DNA from: Hypanus sabinus
Taxonomy: Eukaryota
Direction: 5' to 3'
Assembly (NCBI RefSeq): GCF_030144855.1
Contig: NC_082706.1
Span: forward strand, 106,330,001-106,394,000
Length of the DNA: 64,000 nucleotides
The notes beneath the pieces are model-generated. The model did not search any database and had not been told where the DNA came from. It saw only the letters and a program-made list of their open reading frames with translations. Within the stretch, counting starts at the first letter, position 1; each line of letters starts with the position of its first letter. This document shows positions 62,700-64,000 of this stretch, piece by piece. A program made the translations under genes and the position numbers.

Positions 62700-64000
62700 G
62701 GGGGGACGTCACGTGATGACGTAGGATCGAGACGCTGGAACCCAGCCCTCCCGTAAAAAAATCAGTAAGTTAAATGTTTAAGTGAAGAAAAGTTAGTCAA
62801 TACTTTCTTAAGGTTACTTATAAACTACTCCGGATTGTTTTAAGCTATGCCATGAAGAAAACTACTACCACGAAGACAGCTCAAGTTAGAACAGAATCAA
62901 GGCCTACTTCTACCGAAGAACCGCGGATTCAGGTACAATACATCACCGGCGAAACAGAACAGGAAACTGCGGCAGCATCGGCCATTTCTAAAGGAAAAGA
63001 TCAACGAGAATTGCGCAAACGTAAAGGAACGAGCATGCGCAAACGAGAGCAACCAGAACTACAAATCTCAGCTGCGACTGAAACCGAAAGTGAAAGTGAA
63101 TCTGAGAGAGAGTCAGATTCTGGAAAAATCAGACGAAGATGGAGATAAAAGTTCCTCTGAAAATATAAAAAAGACTTTGAGGCAAATAATACATAAATTA
63201 GAAAAATTAAATGCATTAAAAGTAACCAAAAAGTAATTAAAGAAAAAAAATGATAAATATGGAGACTACGTTTGATAAAATGACAAACGAACAGGAAAAA
63301 ATGAAAAAGAAAATTACAGATTTGGAAATTAAAATGGAAGATATGGGTGGAAGAATGAATAAAATGGACGATGATAATAATGCCTGGACATCAGAAAGAA
63401 AACAACTCGTGGAAAAAATTGATAAGCTTGAAAATTTTAGTAGACCCAATAATATTAAAATTGTTAGACTTAAAGAAGATACTGAAGGATAAGACCCAAT
63501 AAATGTTTTTCAAAAATGGATCCCTGAAAAATTGAAAATGGGAGATTGACAGGGTGCACAGAGCCTTAAGGCCAAGATCTCAAAATGACCAAAATCCGCG
63601 ATCAATTTTCATAAGATGTTTAAGATACCAGGATAAAAAAAAGATTCTGAGGGCGGCTGCCCAAGGTGCCAAAAGAAGAAATGGACCATTGATGATAGCA
63701 GAGAAACAAATTCTTTTTTATCCTGATATACGTTATAACCTTTTGAAGAGAAAGTGAAGAATTTAATTCAGCTAAAAATGTCTTATGGGAAAAAGGTTAT
63801 AAATTTTTAATGCGTCACCCAACAACACTGATAATGTTTTTGGAGGAGGGAAAATTATTTTTTTCCAATTATTGAGATGCGGAGGTGTTCGCACAAAAAC
63901 TTCCATCTATTTGCTAATTAAACGTAGAGACTTCTAAACGTAATGGTTAAAGGCGAAGACAGAGATAGCGAATGGAACTGATGGACATTTAAGGATGATA
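62700..64000 (+). mobile_element. 5' end of a second L1-clade element (different family), ORF1 frameshifted; continues beyond the window
   Basis: Starts GGGGGGACGTCACGTGATGACG and interrupts the paralogous block. ORF1 pieces: coiled coil, KLENFSRPNNIKIV, HRAL..PRSIFIRCLRYQDKKKIL, ILFYPD. Confidence 0.88.

Noticed and set aside
1-64000. J or C gene segments
   Set aside because: No FGxG exon preceded by a 12-spacer RSS and no C1-set exon was found on either strand by eye; they presumably lie outside the window.

Overview
Eukaryotic genomic DNA, most likely from a cartilaginous fish; the repeat complement (CR1 with CATAGAAA tails, Penelope-like ends, V-SINE/HE1-like SINEs) points to a ray. The window is part of a translocon-type antigen-receptor V-gene array, most consistent with T-cell receptor gamma (YYCAYW ends, 3' 22/23-spacer RSS). 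It holds six + strand V segments, each with a leader exon, short intron, V exon and RSS. Four belong to one expanded family (17.6, 34.6, 38.1, 59.0 kb); all four have open frames, 22-bp RSS spacers and, unusually, lack both residues of the conserved Arg75-Asp98 salt bridge. The two divergent singletons look crippled: the 45.6 kb segment has an ACG start and a terminal TAA, and the 47.0 kb segment has a CATAGTG heptamer. No J or C segment was found. The array is built from head-to-tail duplications of a roughly 10-kb V-containing unit plus a younger roughly 3.5-kb duplication, and is heavily invaded by L1, CR1, Rex1-like, Penelope-like, Gypsy and SINE sequences. Other notable items: a 97-bp TSD-flanked insertion that begins with a hammerhead-ribozyme core, a 1.58-kb TSD-flanked insertion resembling a retroposed 3'UTR, mosaic V genes, and several templated-insertion repair scars. 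All coordinates were counted by hand; TE boundaries are approximate.
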